64,000 bases of DNA from a virus (IMGVR_UViG_2558860250_000001:1-64000), one strand, 5' to 3'. Shown: positions 9,517 through 20,383, counted from the stretch's first letter. Numbers and translations: made by a program. Notes: generated by a model from the sequence alone, not told the origin.

Positions 9517-10631
9517 GAACCTGTCACCTGTACATTACCGACGATAGGTAGTTGAGACTGTGTAAACGTAATATCAGATGACGGTACGGTTGGGGCAGCG
9601 GCGTTGGCAACACCAGTTACACCCAATGCAACAGCCTGTAGTTGACTGACATACAATGTACCATTTATACCACCACCAATGCCAAGTCCACTGATATAAT
9701 TTTCAATCGCAGTTTGGACTTGCACAGCCGTCTCGTCTGGATCGTATCCAGCGGTAGCCTTAATCGTCATTGTTACATCAACTGATACAGGTGATGGTGC
9801 AAAAACTTTAGCGTCATCAGTGATCACACGTCCCGCATCAATAACTGTTTGCGTATTTGCGATAATAGTGTCTGATGGAACCGTGTTACCGTCGCCAACA
9901 ATGTAAATATCGACTGTGCCTGGTCCACGTCCTTGCGGTACCACCAATGCAGATGACACGCCAGTGACAGATTCAGCCGTTGATGTATACCAATTTGTCG
10001 TCGATATTGACAATCCTTTGAATGCAGCCAAAGCACGTGCCCGTAAAGCATCATCTGTTTCCGTATCAATCGCAGGCGTACCGTTAGATGAATCATCGAA
10101 CTCGACGCCATCTATACCTGGTACTGCACTAGCCCATAGCAATTGTGTGCCAACTGCGATGTTTCCTTGCGTTCCTGCGACCGTACATGTGACGGGAATA
10201 TTAACCTTTGTCGATCCAATGGGCAATTGCGTATCCGTATCAACTGTATATGTTATTCCTGTGCCACTCGAATCTGGTTGAGTGGTAATAAGTGAACCAG
10301 CGGGAATTGTGATGATGGATTGGCTTGGCACTTCTTTCGTCGCAACGAATGTCCATTGTGCATATGTGGCTTGTTTACGGGTGATGCCGAAATCATTGGC
10401 TTTATTGTCTAAGTTAGTGCCTGTAGCTGTCGCAAGATACGCCTGTTGTTGCGCGACGGATATGGCTGTCGTCAATTCATCTACGACGGAGGCAATCGCG
10501 GCAAGTATGACGCCAATTACGCTCGACGAAGAATAGTCTGTTATTTTCTTCCCGATTGATGCAAGGCCAGATTGAATAAAAGAAACCATGGTGCTTAAAG
10601 CATCAGAAAAATTAATATGTTCCACCTCCAA
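9513..10631 (-). CDS. Baseplate J/gp47 family protein
   Basis: ATGTNLD..G.TRK.AT, G..GN, ETDDALRAR, GPGTVDIYI. Confidence 0.92.
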   Translation of the reverse strand: MEVEHINFSDALSTMVSFIQSGLASIGKKITDYSSSSVIGVILAAIASVVDELTTAISVAQQQAYLATATGTNLDNKANDFGITRKQATYAQWTFVATKEVPSQSIITIPAGSLITTQPDSSGTGITYTVDTDTQLPIGSTKVNIPVTCTVAGTQGNIAVGTQLLWASAVPGIDGVEFDDSSNGTPAIDTETDDALRARALAAFKGLSISTTNWYTSTAESVTGVSSALVVPQGRGPGTVDIYIVGDGNTVPSDTIIANTQTVIDAGRVITDDAKVFAPSPVSVDVTMTIKATAGYDPDETAVQVQTAIENYISGLGIGGGINGTLYVSQLQAVALGVTGVANAAAPTVPSSDITFTQSQLPIVGNVQVTGS

Positions 10632-11037
10632 TCGGCACAGTAGTAGAAACGTCGCCGTATCCAGCTACAGTCACATTCACACTCACAAAAAAACGCATCG
10701 TACCATCGTTCGGATCTGTGACATTTATGCTATTGATTTGTTGCACACGAGGATCGACGCTTAGAGCATCGGATACATACTGTTGAATCAATGCGATATT
10801 GGTTGGATTAAGTGGTTCGTCAATGGTTGTACCGAGTTCGCTGCCAAGGTCATCACCGAATATGTACGTGTCGGGAATCGTGCCAATTCGCACACGTATC
10901 ATTTGTTTGATATTGTCGTTGTTGGTGGAGGTGGATATATCACCTTGTGTAGTAATCACCAAATCACCATTGGAATCGAGTGTTAAGTCAGTTCCAGAGG
11001 GGTCAGTGGGGTCAAGTGGGGGAGTGGTATAGTTCAC
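10612..11037 (-). CDS. Baseplate wedge / sheath initiator (gp25/gpW-like)
   Basis: DL.L...GDL, NIKQ.I..R..T, G, AL..DPRV. Confidence 0.8.
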   Translation of the reverse strand: MNYTTPPLDPTDPSGTDLTLDSNGDLVITTQGDISTSTNNDNIKQMIRVRIGTIPDTYIFGDDLGSELGTTIDEPLNPTNIALIQQYVSDALSVDPRVQQINSINVTDPNDGTMRFFVSVNVTVAGYGDVSTTVPIGGGTY

Positions 11038-11055
11038 GTTCTGCGTTTCACCACC

Positions 11056-11589
11056 TTATGCTTTTACATTTGGCGCGCCTGATGTAATGGTGCCGGTATA
11101 TGTTGTGCCACCGATATCAACCTGTACATTGTCACCGACACGTGCAATTTTGGCTGTGCCATCATTGAATACGACATCTTTACCCGATGCAGACGACACT
11201 TTCACTTCGCCATCACTAGTGATATAAATTTGTGCGCCAGATTTGTGTTGCAGCACTACGTCATCGACATCGGATATGGTTGGTGGCGCATCTTCATCGT
11301 TATATACACAACACGCAACAACGCCATTGTTGATATCACCTAAATCGAATATCACCTTGACCGTCATGCCTTCGGGCGGTACAGCAAGGAATCCGTAGCC
11401 TGGACCAGCATACATTGTGCCGATGCGTATCCAGCCAGTTTCGATATTGTACGGTTGCAACATCACCTTGACCGATGGAGGACTTATAGAACGTGATGTG
11501 ACTGTGCCTTCGCATACATAACATCGAGCATTGTGGGATTGTTCGGCTATATTGCGCATCTGTTGAAATAAATCTCGATTAGATAACAT
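11056..11589 (-). CDS. Baseplate spike (gpV-like)
   Basis: ETGWI..G.G..PP.G..V OB-fold; ARVGD..GTITSG tip. Confidence 0.85.
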   Translation of the reverse strand: MLSNRDLFQQMRNIAEQSHNARCYVCEGTVTSRSISPPSVKVMLQPYNIETGWIRIGTMYAGPGYGFLAVPPEGMTVKVIFDLGDINNGVVACCVYNDEDAPPTISDVDDVVLQHKSGAQIYITSDGEVKVSSASGKDVVFNDGTAKIARVGDNVQVDIGGTTYTGTITSGAPNVKA

Positions 11590-12744
11590 TTAATCACCGC
11601 CAGGATCAGAGGGGAGGAGAAGATTGCTAAATGTAACATCTATTCCATAAAACCCTGTTGTTCCGTTTTGATTTGTAAATGTATGTGTTGCCTTAGTAGG
11701 CCAAAATGTTACACCATCTATGCCCTTACCAACACTCTTGAATTGCACAGGTTGGTATTCGTTAATGATTGGATTCCCGTAGGAAGTAAATTCTCCAGTT
11801 ATTTCAGTCATCGATAATTGCTGGAGAATAGACTCCGCGCGTTGAGTTGCTTGTTGTTTCGTCAGTCCAGGCACATAGTACGTTTCTTGATATGCTGCAC
11901 GTTGGTTGATATTCGTGCCTACACGCGGGATATACCCAGAAGGTTGCTCGGCTGTGCCGCTAATACGAGTTTTTTTACCAGGTTGCCAACTATATACGGT
12001 AACTTTAATATCGCGACTAGCATGTGGCGCACGAGATAATGTTAACGAATATATATTTTCTCCCCACGTGTAAACAACGGGTTTAGATGCAACCAGTTTT
12101 GATTGAGGACCAAAAAACAATGTGTTGCCGCTAACATTCGCGATAAACCCCTCTTGATTCGCAAGGAACATAATTAAATCCCATTGCGACTGACTGGACG
12201 TGAGTGATGTGTTATCGTTTTTGTAGTATGTTCCTGCCGTTGTATATGTCGGAGTAATTTGCGTCGACAAACCGTGTTGTTCGGCCAGAGTTGATACAAT
12301 TGCAGACGAGGTTAAATTAGGATATTTATTTGTCATATCCGTATCCATAAATGGCGCAATTTGATTACGTCCCTGCAATTCCGCGTAATATCCTTCTGTG
12401 GTATTTTGCGCGGACAAATATACGTCTAATGTATCCATATATCCGTACATAATTCTTGTTAAATCTGAGGTGTTATAGGATGATGGGTCATCTGGGTAGC
12501 CGACATATATTTCGACCAATATATCTGGATTAGCAAACAAATCAGACTCGAAATCAGGTGTCAGCGCCAATTCTGTTGTTCCCGCTAATTCTGATAAAAT
12601 CCGAAATGGGACGTCTAATGTAAAGGAATCCGCAGCGCCATATCCATTTAAGTCAACAGACCAAGTGTGAAACGGGACACGCACACCGTTCAACAATACG
12701 ATGCTACACGGTTGACTATACTGAAATGTGCCAAATGTACTCAC
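11590..12744 (-). CDS. Baseplate hub (gpD/gp44-like)
   Basis: ADSF.L, L.GR, SQWDL..LA..EGF, GNP; synteny. Confidence 0.8.
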   Translation of the reverse strand: MSTFGTFQYSQPCSIVLLNGVRVPFHTWSVDLNGYGAADSFTLDVPFRILSELAGTTELALTPDFESDLFANPDILVEIYVGYPDDPSSYNTSDLTRIMYGYMDTLDVYLSAQNTTEGYYAELQGRNQIAPFMDTDMTNKYPNLTSSAIVSTLAEQHGLSTQITPTYTTAGTYYKNDNTSLTSSQSQWDLIMFLANQEGFIANVSGNTLFFGPQSKLVASKPVVYTWGENIYSLTLSRAPHASRDIKVTVYSWQPGKKTRISGTAEQPSGYIPRVGTNINQRAAYQETYYVPGLTKQQATQRAESILQQLSMTEITGEFTSYGNPIINEYQPVQFKSVGKGIDGVTFWPTKATHTFTNQNGTTGFYGIDVTFSNLLLPSDPGGD

Positions 12745-13331
12745 GGTATAATCAACACCGTCCCAACCTGTATGACCGATGGATTTTTAATATTGTTAGC
12801 TGTCACTATTTTTGTATATTGACTACCGTCGCCATAGAATTTTTGCGCAATTCCCCATAAGGTATCGCCCGACTTGACTGTGTATTTTTGCTGTACTTTA
12901 TCTGATTGAGCGGAGGATACAGACGAGGGAGATGAGGAACTAGATGATGCTGCCGATGACGAAGAATATATAACAGCGTCAGAATTCGCACTATCAATCG
13001 GCTCCAACGATATATCATAATCAATTTGGTAGTCATTGTAGTACGTGGGATGGAACATAGTAATAAGTACGTATCGAGGAGAAAATCCAGGCGCCGTCAA
13101 TAACACTGGTTGTTTTTTCATCCACATGTCATTAATTTTGTTCATTTTTGATACGGCACCTTGATACATGAACGTACCCTGCAATGATATAGTGTCGAGA
13201 AAATTCCCTAGCAATTGAACAGATTTTCGTCCGCCAGGAAATTGTTGAATGGATGTTAATGATGTGCCGCCCATTTGAATTGAGGTTGGATAATCATCAA
13301 CTGAAAAAGTGAAATTGCCTAGCTTGAGCAA
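12741..13331 (-). CDS. Tube initiator with LysM domain
   Basis: YTVKSGDTLWGIAQKFYGDG..I..AN.I.NP..I.VG..L.IP. Confidence 0.9.
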   Translation of the reverse strand: MLKLGNFTFSVDDYPTSIQMGGTSLTSIQQFPGGRKSVQLLGNFLDTISLQGTFMYQGAVSKMNKINDMWMKKQPVLLTAPGFSPRYVLITMFHPTYYNDYQIDYDISLEPIDSANSDAVIYSSSSAASSSSSSPSSVSSAQSDKVQQKYTVKSGDTLWGIAQKFYGDGSQYTKIVTANNIKNPSVIQVGTVLIIP

Positions 13332-13345
13332 TATACATCACCTCA

Positions 13346-15697
13346 TCAATGGCTAGGCGCTAATTTGTTTGGTGCATACGTGTTCGATCTCGTGTTGATT
13401 GCAGCAGCATTTCCTAATTGCTTAACAACATGTGTAGCCACTGTTTTTGGGTCTCCAGCACCATTTACATTAACGGTCACATTGGAGTGGCTTGTTGTCG
13501 ACATTGATCCAGTAGGTATCGATGGAGTTGATGGTGTGCTTGCCGATGATCCATTCCACAGCCCAAGCCAATGAAGCGCGTTTTTGATATGATTACCAAT
13601 ATTGTCGAAGAATTTCCCGATACCAGACCAATGCGCAATGATTTGTGCTGGAATCGCAATAAACGGAGCCAATAGATCGAGGACAAATTGAATATTCGTT
13701 CCGAGATTTTTATACCATTGCCACGCTTTTTGAAGCCACGCAATAACATTTTTCCAATGTGTAATCAGTAAAACTATACCAGTGCTTAGCAGCGCTATTA
13801 ATCCGATGATAGCGCCAATAGGGTTCGCATCCATAGCTGCATTTAACGCCCATTGTGCCGCAGACCAAGCCATCGTTGCGATACGAATGGCGATAATAGT
13901 TGACCGCCACATCACAAACAGTGCAACTCTACCAGCAAACACTGCCATACGAATGATGAACTGCCCTAATGCTGAATTTGCCAATTTAATAGCAACCGCT
14001 ACAGCCTTCCACGCGGCAATAGCAGCAGCCAATCCCTTTGTCCAATCAGGAATCTGAAATTTTGTTGTTTGCGTCCATCCCATTTGCTTCCCATTTGGAC
14101 CACGATTCATTTGCTCTGTTGTGTACTCGAACCCTGTAGCCATGAGCACCTTATTTAAGCCATTAGTAATGGTTGGCAATTGGGATTTAAACCAAGATAA
14201 CACTTTTTGCGTTTTCTGTTGTATGCCGCCAAAATTCGATGTCCAAGCCTTGTACAACAGATATGACACGGCGACAAGAGGGAGAACACTGGTCATAGCT
14301 CCACTGGCAGCAATTCCTACGACACGCAACATTGCAGAGAATCCGCCTAGCGCATTAATAAATCTCAATGCACCAGCCATAGCCATCAATGTACCACTCA
14401 ACGCCAAAAACGCTGATACAACGGTCATAGTAATTGCAGCAAGTTTAACCAGCCCAGGATGAGCGATTGACCATTTGAGCAATGCGCCTGTTATTTTGTT
14501 TGTCACAGTCAATATCTTCGTGAACAACGGTAATAATTGTTGTCCAAGCACTTGAGCCAAATCTTCAAATGTGGTTTGCGCCTGTTTCGCTTGTCCGAAA
14601 AATGATTTGTTGTACTGTTGTTGGATACTATCGACCGATGCAGAATTATTGACTTGTTGTTGAATAATCGCGTATTGTTCTGCTGCTCCGCCATTTTTAC
14701 CCGATATCAAACTTTGTGCAACACGCATACCTTGAATACCGAATATCGTTTTCAATAATGAGTTTTCAGTAGTTGCATTCCCGCCAAATCGCTTATTGAA
14801 ATCACTCATCACTTTTATCGCATTTTGCATACCAAGAAAATTACCCTTGGCATCTGTAAATGCACTATGACCATTCACTATGAATCCAGCCGTTTGCATT
14901 GCCTTAGCCGCAGCAGCACTTGCATTACCAGTCATGCGCAACAAGAAATCATTGAACGATGAACCAAGCGAGCGGCCGTTGCCGCCAACACCCATACGTT
15001 GCAAGAACATTTCATCCATCAACGCAGAGTTTGCGGATATTCCCGTATGTGATGCCGTGTTTGAAAAATATCGGAACTGGTTGGCGAATTGATCGATAGT
15101 GGTATGTGTGTGCATCAATGCAGCATTGAGAGTATTGAGGAATGGCTTGAGTTGCTGCACCGTGTACAATTGGTACGTATGCGCCATTCCCACTGCATCC
15201 GATACACTAGTGTCAGGATTTTCTTGTCCGTTAGTGGAAACATATCGAGCATCCGCAAATTTAATAAACTCATCACTGAATGATTTGTTGAATATCATCG
15301 AGTTTGTGAGTCCAGCCTGCGACATATCCTTGTACAAATTTGCCGTTTGAACAGCACTAAATGCAGTTTGGATACCTTGAGTCATCGACATGTTGGTCAG
15401 TTCTTGCTGTTGTTGTTTTGTCAATTTCATTGCAGTCGATACGCCAAGAATGGCATTCTGCAATTTACCAGCCGATTCCGCAGCTTTAACCAGTCCAGCA
15501 GCCATTCCAGCTCCAACCGCAGCCATACCAGTACCAACTGCCATCATAGCCTTAGATTGCATCATCTTTTTTTGCGTTGCATCGAATTGTTTCGAATACT
15601 GTTCCGACAATTTAGCCATTTGTTTGAACATCGATGTGTAATGATCGACAGCACGTATCTCAACAAATAATTCGAATGCCGATTCCATGCCGGCCAT
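13346..15697 (-). CDS. Tape measure protein
   Basis: Ala/Gln-rich helical; AAQWALNAAMDANPIG; position after chaperone. Confidence 0.9.
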   Translation of the reverse strand: MAGMESAFELFVEIRAVDHYTSMFKQMAKLSEQYSKQFDATQKKMMQSKAMMAVGTGMAAVGAGMAAGLVKAAESAGKLQNAILGVSTAMKLTKQQQQELTNMSMTQGIQTAFSAVQTANLYKDMSQAGLTNSMIFNKSFSDEFIKFADARYVSTNGQENPDTSVSDAVGMAHTYQLYTVQQLKPFLNTLNAALMHTHTTIDQFANQFRYFSNTASHTGISANSALMDEMFLQRMGVGGNGRSLGSSFNDFLLRMTGNASAAAAKAMQTAGFIVNGHSAFTDAKGNFLGMQNAIKVMSDFNKRFGGNATTENSLLKTIFGIQGMRVAQSLISGKNGGAAEQYAIIQQQVNNSASVDSIQQQYNKSFFGQAKQAQTTFEDLAQVLGQQLLPLFTKILTVTNKITGALLKWSIAHPGLVKLAAITMTVVSAFLALSGTLMAMAGALRFINALGGFSAMLRVVGIAASGAMTSVLPLVAVSYLLYKAWTSNFGGIQQKTQKVLSWFKSQLPTITNGLNKVLMATGFEYTTEQMNRGPNGKQMGWTQTTKFQIPDWTKGLAAAIAAWKAVAVAIKLANSALGQFIIRMAVFAGRVALFVMWRSTIIAIRIATMAWSAAQWALNAAMDANPIGAIIGLIALLSTGIVLLITHWKNVIAWLQKAWQWYKNLGTNIQFVLDLLAPFIAIPAQIIAHWSGIGKFFDNIGNHIKNALHWLGLWNGSSASTPSTPSIPTGSMSTTSHSNVTVNVNGAGDPKTVATHVVKQLGNAAAINTRSNTYAPNKLAPSH

Positions 15698-15711
15698 TAA
15701 ATCACCTCAAT

Positions 15712-15735
15712 AAAAAAGACCGCCTAATGGCGGCC
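15712..15735 (-). terminator. Intrinsic terminator after inserted YbjQ-like gene
   Basis: Minus strand GGCCGCC-ATTA-GGCGGTC then TTTTTT. Confidence 0.7.
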
Positions 15736-15757
15736 ATCACGTTACTGTCAACTGTCG

Positions 15758-16039
15758 TCATTTAAAACGGATCGCGGTTCCGTATCCATAAATTCCAGCA
15801 TTGTTATACTGTATTATCCGAAACCCAACAACTGCGTCAGCGCCTAACGACTCAGCTTCTTTGCTTATCGCATTTGTAACTTCTGAAAATTTTGCTCTTG
15901 TTGTGGGAGTGGGCCAAAATTTTTCGGCGGTTACTAAACCGATAACTTCGTAATCTTTTCCGTGATAATCGTCAGTTGTAACAATCGGAAGTAACTCGGA
16001 TGCATCGTTAGTCTTTTTACCTTTACCAAACATAACCAT
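15758..16039 (-). CDS. YbjQ-like (heavy-metal-binding domain family) protein, moron
   Basis: IVTTD..GKDYEVIGLV..EA..LGADAVVG.R..YGTAI. Confidence 0.75.
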   Translation of the reverse strand: MVMFGKGKKTNDASELLPIVTTDDYHGKDYEVIGLVTAEKFWPTPTTRAKFSEVTNAISKEAESLGADAVVGFRIIQYNNAGIYGYGTAIRFK

Positions 16040-16103
16040 CGCCTCGTGTGATTTGATACTAACGTTATATCACATTTTATAAACAATTATGTCATCCGTG
16101 CAC

Positions 16104-16130
16104 AATAAAACCACGCATAAACTTGCGTGG
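16104..16130 (-). terminator. Intrinsic terminator after chaperone GT frame
   Basis: CCACGCA-N6-TGCGTGG then TTTTATT on minus strand. Confidence 0.6.
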
Positions 16131-16145
16131 ATCGATCTACACAGA

Positions 16146-16666
16146 TTACTTTTTCTTCATTTCTTCATCGATTTGTTTCTTAATGCGCGCTCGCACACGT
16201 AACATAGCGATGCGTTCAGAAGAACTTAATTTCATCACTTCATCATATGTCATCGATTCATAAGAAATTGCTACAGCTTGCACAAATGCGGGGCACATCA
16301 TTAACATACCAATCGTGGACTCGCAATTGTGCTTTAAGCTAAAGGGTTATCTGGATTCGCCTCGAAATTCATCTCAGCATATTTCAACAAAATCTTGTTC
16401 ATATCTTTCGTTTTAAATTGTCTAGCCAAATTCACAAATGTCTCATAATTGTTCATAATAGGGGCTGGTTGATTATCAATAGATTCAATACATTTTAAAG
16501 CATTTGCCTGCATCAAAATAGTTTGTCCAGCGCCCTGCAAACTAACCTTATCGCCCAACATTCTTGCTACAGCGATATCGTCTGCGCCAGTAGATTCTCG
16601 CATGGCAACGATACGTCCATCGCTCAGTTTAATCTCATTGCTCATTAATTCACGTTCATCAGCCAT
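16146..16666 (-). CDS. Tail assembly chaperone G (16334-16666) and -1 frameshift product GT (to 16146)
   Basis: Between tube and TMP; slippery C CCT TTA at 16340-16346; -1 frame open to TAA at 16146. Confidence 0.8.
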
Positions 16667-16712
16667 TTATATATTCCTCCATATGTAAGCCACCCTTGAT
16701 GGATGGCAAAAA

Positions 16713-17171
16713 TTAACCTTGTACACGCGTTTGTGCATCACCTGTAAATTTCCAAGTAATTTCACTATTGGCGGCGCTAATATCTTTCTCAAATCCATAC
16801 AATACTGTATCAGGGTATACCCACGTTTCGATAGAACCATCATAATATTCAATTGTTTCGGTTACTCGAAAACGCATATTGGCCGCCCCACTAAGTGCTG
16901 ATTGATCGATTTGATACACGATATCATCGTACGAATGATCGACTATGGCACCACCAAAACTCAATGTCCACCCTTCGTAAATATCTTGTGTACGTTGACC
17001 AACTTGTCCAAGCGGTTGATACTGTTTTTGACTGGATTTACGTGTGGCAGTAAACGAATCACATTCAGCAAACGTTACGTAACCACCTGTAGATGTATTA
17101 TACAAAGCTATAGTTGCCGATGATCCGAGTACGCGATCCTTGGCAAATCTCTGAAGATTTAATTTGACCAT
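16713..17171 (-). CDS. Tail tube protein
   Basis: 152 aa, follows sheath, beta-rich. Confidence 0.8.
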   Translation of the reverse strand: MVKLNLQRFAKDRVLGSSATIALYNTSTGGYVTFAECDSFTATRKSSQKQYQPLGQVGQRTQDIYEGWTLSFGGAIVDHSYDDIVYQIDQSALSGAANMRFRVTETIEYYDGSIETWVYPDTVLYGFEKDISAANSEITWKFTGDAQTRVQG

Positions 17172-17190
17172 ACTTTTTTATATCAGCCCT

Positions 17191-18681
17191 TTACGAATTG
17201 GATACGGAAGAAGTGGTGGTTACAACTCCGGCGGCAATCGTTGTGCGGAATAAGAGGAATCTGTTCATATTGAATAATTGAACACGAGTATCAATGATAG
17301 TCATATCATTGTCGGTCACAGAAGGAGGGTTGTTTTTTGTATCGCACTGTACACTATAAGCCTGGATCATAGGTTCTCCGGCTTCGTTGTTTTCCCCAAG
17401 AAGAGGGTCTAAGAACGCGGACACTGTGTGCTGTTGTTGGTCGAGCAAGCCACCAGTAGTCGTCGTAATTGGTTCGTCCACATATTGACCTAGCGAAGTT
17501 TCGACGGATTCCACGATAAAATCGTCCATACGCCGACGATAAACTGGACGAAGTTGTGGATTGGCGTTTTGGCTCAATGTTTGACCAGAGAAACACCCGA
17601 TACCACCGCGAGGAATTGTTACGCCGATTGGCACAACACGAGCCGATGGGTCCATTGCTTTCTGGATGTCATCAGATGAAACGGGAAATTCTGGTCCAGA
17701 GGTATATGCAAGATTTTTATTACCAGGGGATTGATGAGGATACAGCGTTGCAACAAGTCCAACCCAATGTCCCGTTGGAGCGACCGTCAGTGTTTGTTGT
17801 AAGTCGTCCACATACATCTGCTGCCACGGCCAACAATACACTAAACGATCACTGTCGATATTGGCTGTTTCAGTGATAGCTTGAGTAATTGTATTGCCCT
17901 GAGCACCGCATATTGCAGCCATACACTTATTATTTTCGCAAAATGTTTCTAGTGCTGATACAGTATTGCTATCGGAACAAGCAATATTCGCCAAGAAAAC
18001 TATGTTGACGGCAGGTGTTGTTCCAGATAATGCTTGCAAACCTGTATTCGGGCTTGTTGTACCAACATAATCGGAAACTGTTGGCGTGCTTCCATTAGCG
18101 CCACCGGATAGAGGATATTCGCCATTTACAGGTAGGTTGGTGTTTGGCGTTTCAGGTTGTGAGAATGTCACAATTTGCGATGTAATGGAAGACAGCAACG
18201 TTGCACCTGTAACTGTGGAAGTTGTGGCCAAGTTATCCCACACTTCGCTCGTATCGCCATCTTCAATAGTCAATTTGAATGTTCCTGTTTTAGTGCCGGA
18301 CGAAACAGTGATCGTCGCGGAGTTGCCACCTGTACCAACGGAATTATATGTGGCGGTAAACACTTCGGATGACGTAGATTCGCTGTCGTTGATGGTTACA
18401 CTTGCAGCAGTAGCACCAGAACCAACAATGCGAACCACTTGAAACTCACTGGCACCTTGTCCAATAGCCGATAATGCACCAATGTATCCTGTAAGACTTG
18501 GATCGGCACCACCAAAGATATTTTCCAAATCATCAAGAGAGAGGATATGGGTAGGTGTATTGACTGGGCCTTTGCTAAAAGTACCTACAATTCCCCATAT
18601 GCCGGTTGAAATACCTTGTACTTGTAAGGGTGGCTGTTCATCGATGTTATATACTCCATCGACTGTATAAGCATTAGCCAT
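17191..18681 (-). CDS. Tail sheath protein
   Basis: GVY..E, G.VG.F.KGP.N.P, LSGG.NG, WPW, P.G, RR..D, V.CD..NN. Confidence 0.92.
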   Translation of the reverse strand: MANAYTVDGVYNIDEQPPLQVQGISTGIWGIVGTFSKGPVNTPTHILSLDDLENIFGGADPSLTGYIGALSAIGQGASEFQVVRIVGSGATAASVTINDSESTSSEVFTATYNSVGTGGNSATITVSSGTKTGTFKLTIEDGDTSEVWDNLATTSTVTGATLLSSITSQIVTFSQPETPNTNLPVNGEYPLSGGANGSTPTVSDYVGTTSPNTGLQALSGTTPAVNIVFLANIACSDSNTVSALETFCENNKCMAAICGAQGNTITQAITETANIDSDRLVYCWPWQQMYVDDLQQTLTVAPTGHWVGLVATLYPHQSPGNKNLAYTSGPEFPVSSDDIQKAMDPSARVVPIGVTIPRGGIGCFSGQTLSQNANPQLRPVYRRRMDDFIVESVETSLGQYVDEPITTTTGGLLDQQQHTVSAFLDPLLGENNEAGEPMIQAYSVQCDTKNNPPSVTDNDMTIIDTRVQLFNMNRFLLFRTTIAAGVVTTTSSVSNS

Positions 18682-18684
18682 TAA

Positions 18685-19251
18685 TTAACCTCCTTGGGGA
18701 CTAACATCAATATTGAACTGCTGTGTCTTATTCGGATGCGCGACATACCCATCAAGCACACGAGCAGAAACTTCAAAAGTTAAATCTCGCTGATAATAGT
18801 TGTCGATACCAGATATCAGGTGGTCGTCTTTTAATAAAAAACGTGCTGTATCAACCGCGTTAATGGGGAGTTGGATAGTGTTCACAAGGAATTGCTTGAT
18901 CGCCCACCCAATGTCTAATTGTTGTTGGGGATCGGTTGTAATGAGGGATAATTGCAATAGATACGTGATGCGTTCACGCTCATAGTAGACATTGAATGTG
19001 CCGTCTTCATTTTCAACCGTTGCGTATACCAGATTGCGGCTAGTCATCGACTTGGCGGTTTGAGAAACGTTGACCAAAAACACACTCGGCAAATTTGCAC
19101 CTGTATTCTCAAGCCATTTAGGATCGGGCCAACCAATCCATACTCCCTTTAAACTAGGGCACAATGCCATCAATGCTTGTTCTAACGCACCGTGTATGGC
19201 ATCAAGCGGATCGGTCGACAGGATTGGATCGTTTGGTATCATTTGAACCAA
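18685..19251 (-). CDS. Tail terminator/completion protein
   Basis: Immediately upstream of sheath; LPSV motif. Confidence 0.6.
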   Translation of the reverse strand: MVQMIPNDPILSTDPLDAIHGALEQALMALCPSLKGVWIGWPDPKWLENTGANLPSVFLVNVSQTAKSMTSRNLVYATVENEDGTFNVYYERERITYLLQLSLITTDPQQQLDIGWAIKQFLVNTIQLPINAVDTARFLLKDDHLISGIDNYYQRDLTFEVSARVLDGYVAHPNKTQQFNIDVSPQGG

Positions 19252-19754
19252 CTCACCATCCCTAATCCAATAGCTTCTCGCATTGTCTTGTTAATCCATC
19301 CCGTTTCCTGATATAGTGCTGGCCTAAGAAATGGTCGAGGTGGCAATACACTGTTTTTCCGTACAGCGCCGTATTCGTGATATACACCCAGCATATTGTT
19401 TGTGCCTACATAAGCCGTTAGAGATACATCCTCAACTTTGATTTCGATTGAATCACGGAGTTTCGTCGCACTATTGGCTGCTGCATCACGACTTTCACGT
19501 TTGAAATACGCGCCGATAAGAGGGTCATCACCAGAAGCGCCTGCTGCAATTTTTTCAATGACATAATCTCTATTCAATAAAGCCCAAGCCTGAAATGGTC
19601 CATATGCTGGCTGGTATTCACTAAACTTACCTTTGGCTGTTTTCTGTACCTGTTGCGCAGATTCCTTCAACGCTTTCTGAACAGCCGCATCTACAGCCAT
19701 TGGAGCGGCGGTAATTAGAGCATTTAACACTGTCGTCTGTTCAAATAACCCCAC
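19239..19754 (-). CDS. HK97 gp10-like neck protein
   Basis: LRDSI..VGTN..YHEYG..PPRPFLRPA. Confidence 0.85.
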   Translation of the reverse strand: MGLFEQTTVLNALITAAPMAVDAAVQKALKESAQQVQKTAKGKFSEYQPAYGPFQAWALLNRDYVIEKIAAGASGDDPLIGAYFKRESRDAAANSATKLRDSIEIKVEDVSLTAYVGTNNMLGVYHEYGAVRKNSVLPPRPFLRPALYQETGWINKTMREAIGLGMVSWFK

Positions 19755-20383
19755 TATGCATCAACCTCCCGTTGCGCTTTGCAATGGGATATACGCGCCG
19801 TAGCAGCGAACGCAAATGGCCACGTCATAATCACACGATACGTATGTCCGTTCCATTGGATTTCATCGTTTTCATTAACATCGCCAGTGTGGCAATAAAA
19901 CTCCAATTGTTCGACAGGTTTGCCACCACCAACATCTGCGACGATATTCAAATCGGCCTTTGTAATAATCACATTTACCTGCGTCGGAGGAATCGTACTC
20001 AGTGGGCGACCAAATTTGTCACGTTCAACATTTTCATCGGCTTGCGAAGGAAGTAGTTGTATTGCATTAGGGAAGTGCAAACGTACCAGTTCAGCCGATA
20101 TGCTGATTGGTTCACCGAGAACACGTTGTACTTGTGTAGCAGTAACAAACAGTGTCTCACCCGTATCAGTCATTTCGACCAAGTATCCCAAATCAATGTC
20201 TGTGCATGGCTGGAAGGTTGCAGTACGTACTAAGTCCATACCGAACATAAACGTATCGCTAAACGTACCATTGGGCGATACAGAACGTTCATACAAAATG
20301 CGCGTTCTATATGTCGTATTATCGTTACGTGTTACGATGGCAGGAGACCCGTATCGATAAATGAACTGGCTTTTACTCATCAC
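19754..20383 (-). CDS. Head closure/stopper protein
   Basis: Synteny; D.I.WNG..YRV. Confidence 0.5.
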   Translation of the reverse strand: MMSKSQFIYRYGSPAIVTRNDNTTYRTRILYERSVSPNGTFSDTFMFGMDLVRTATFQPCTDIDLGYLVEMTDTGETLFVTATQVQRVLGEPISISAELVRLHFPNAIQLLPSQADENVERDKFGRPLSTIPPTQVNVIITKADLNIVADVGGGKPVEQLEFYCHTGDVNENDEIQWNGHTYRVIMTWPFAFAATARISHCKAQREVDA

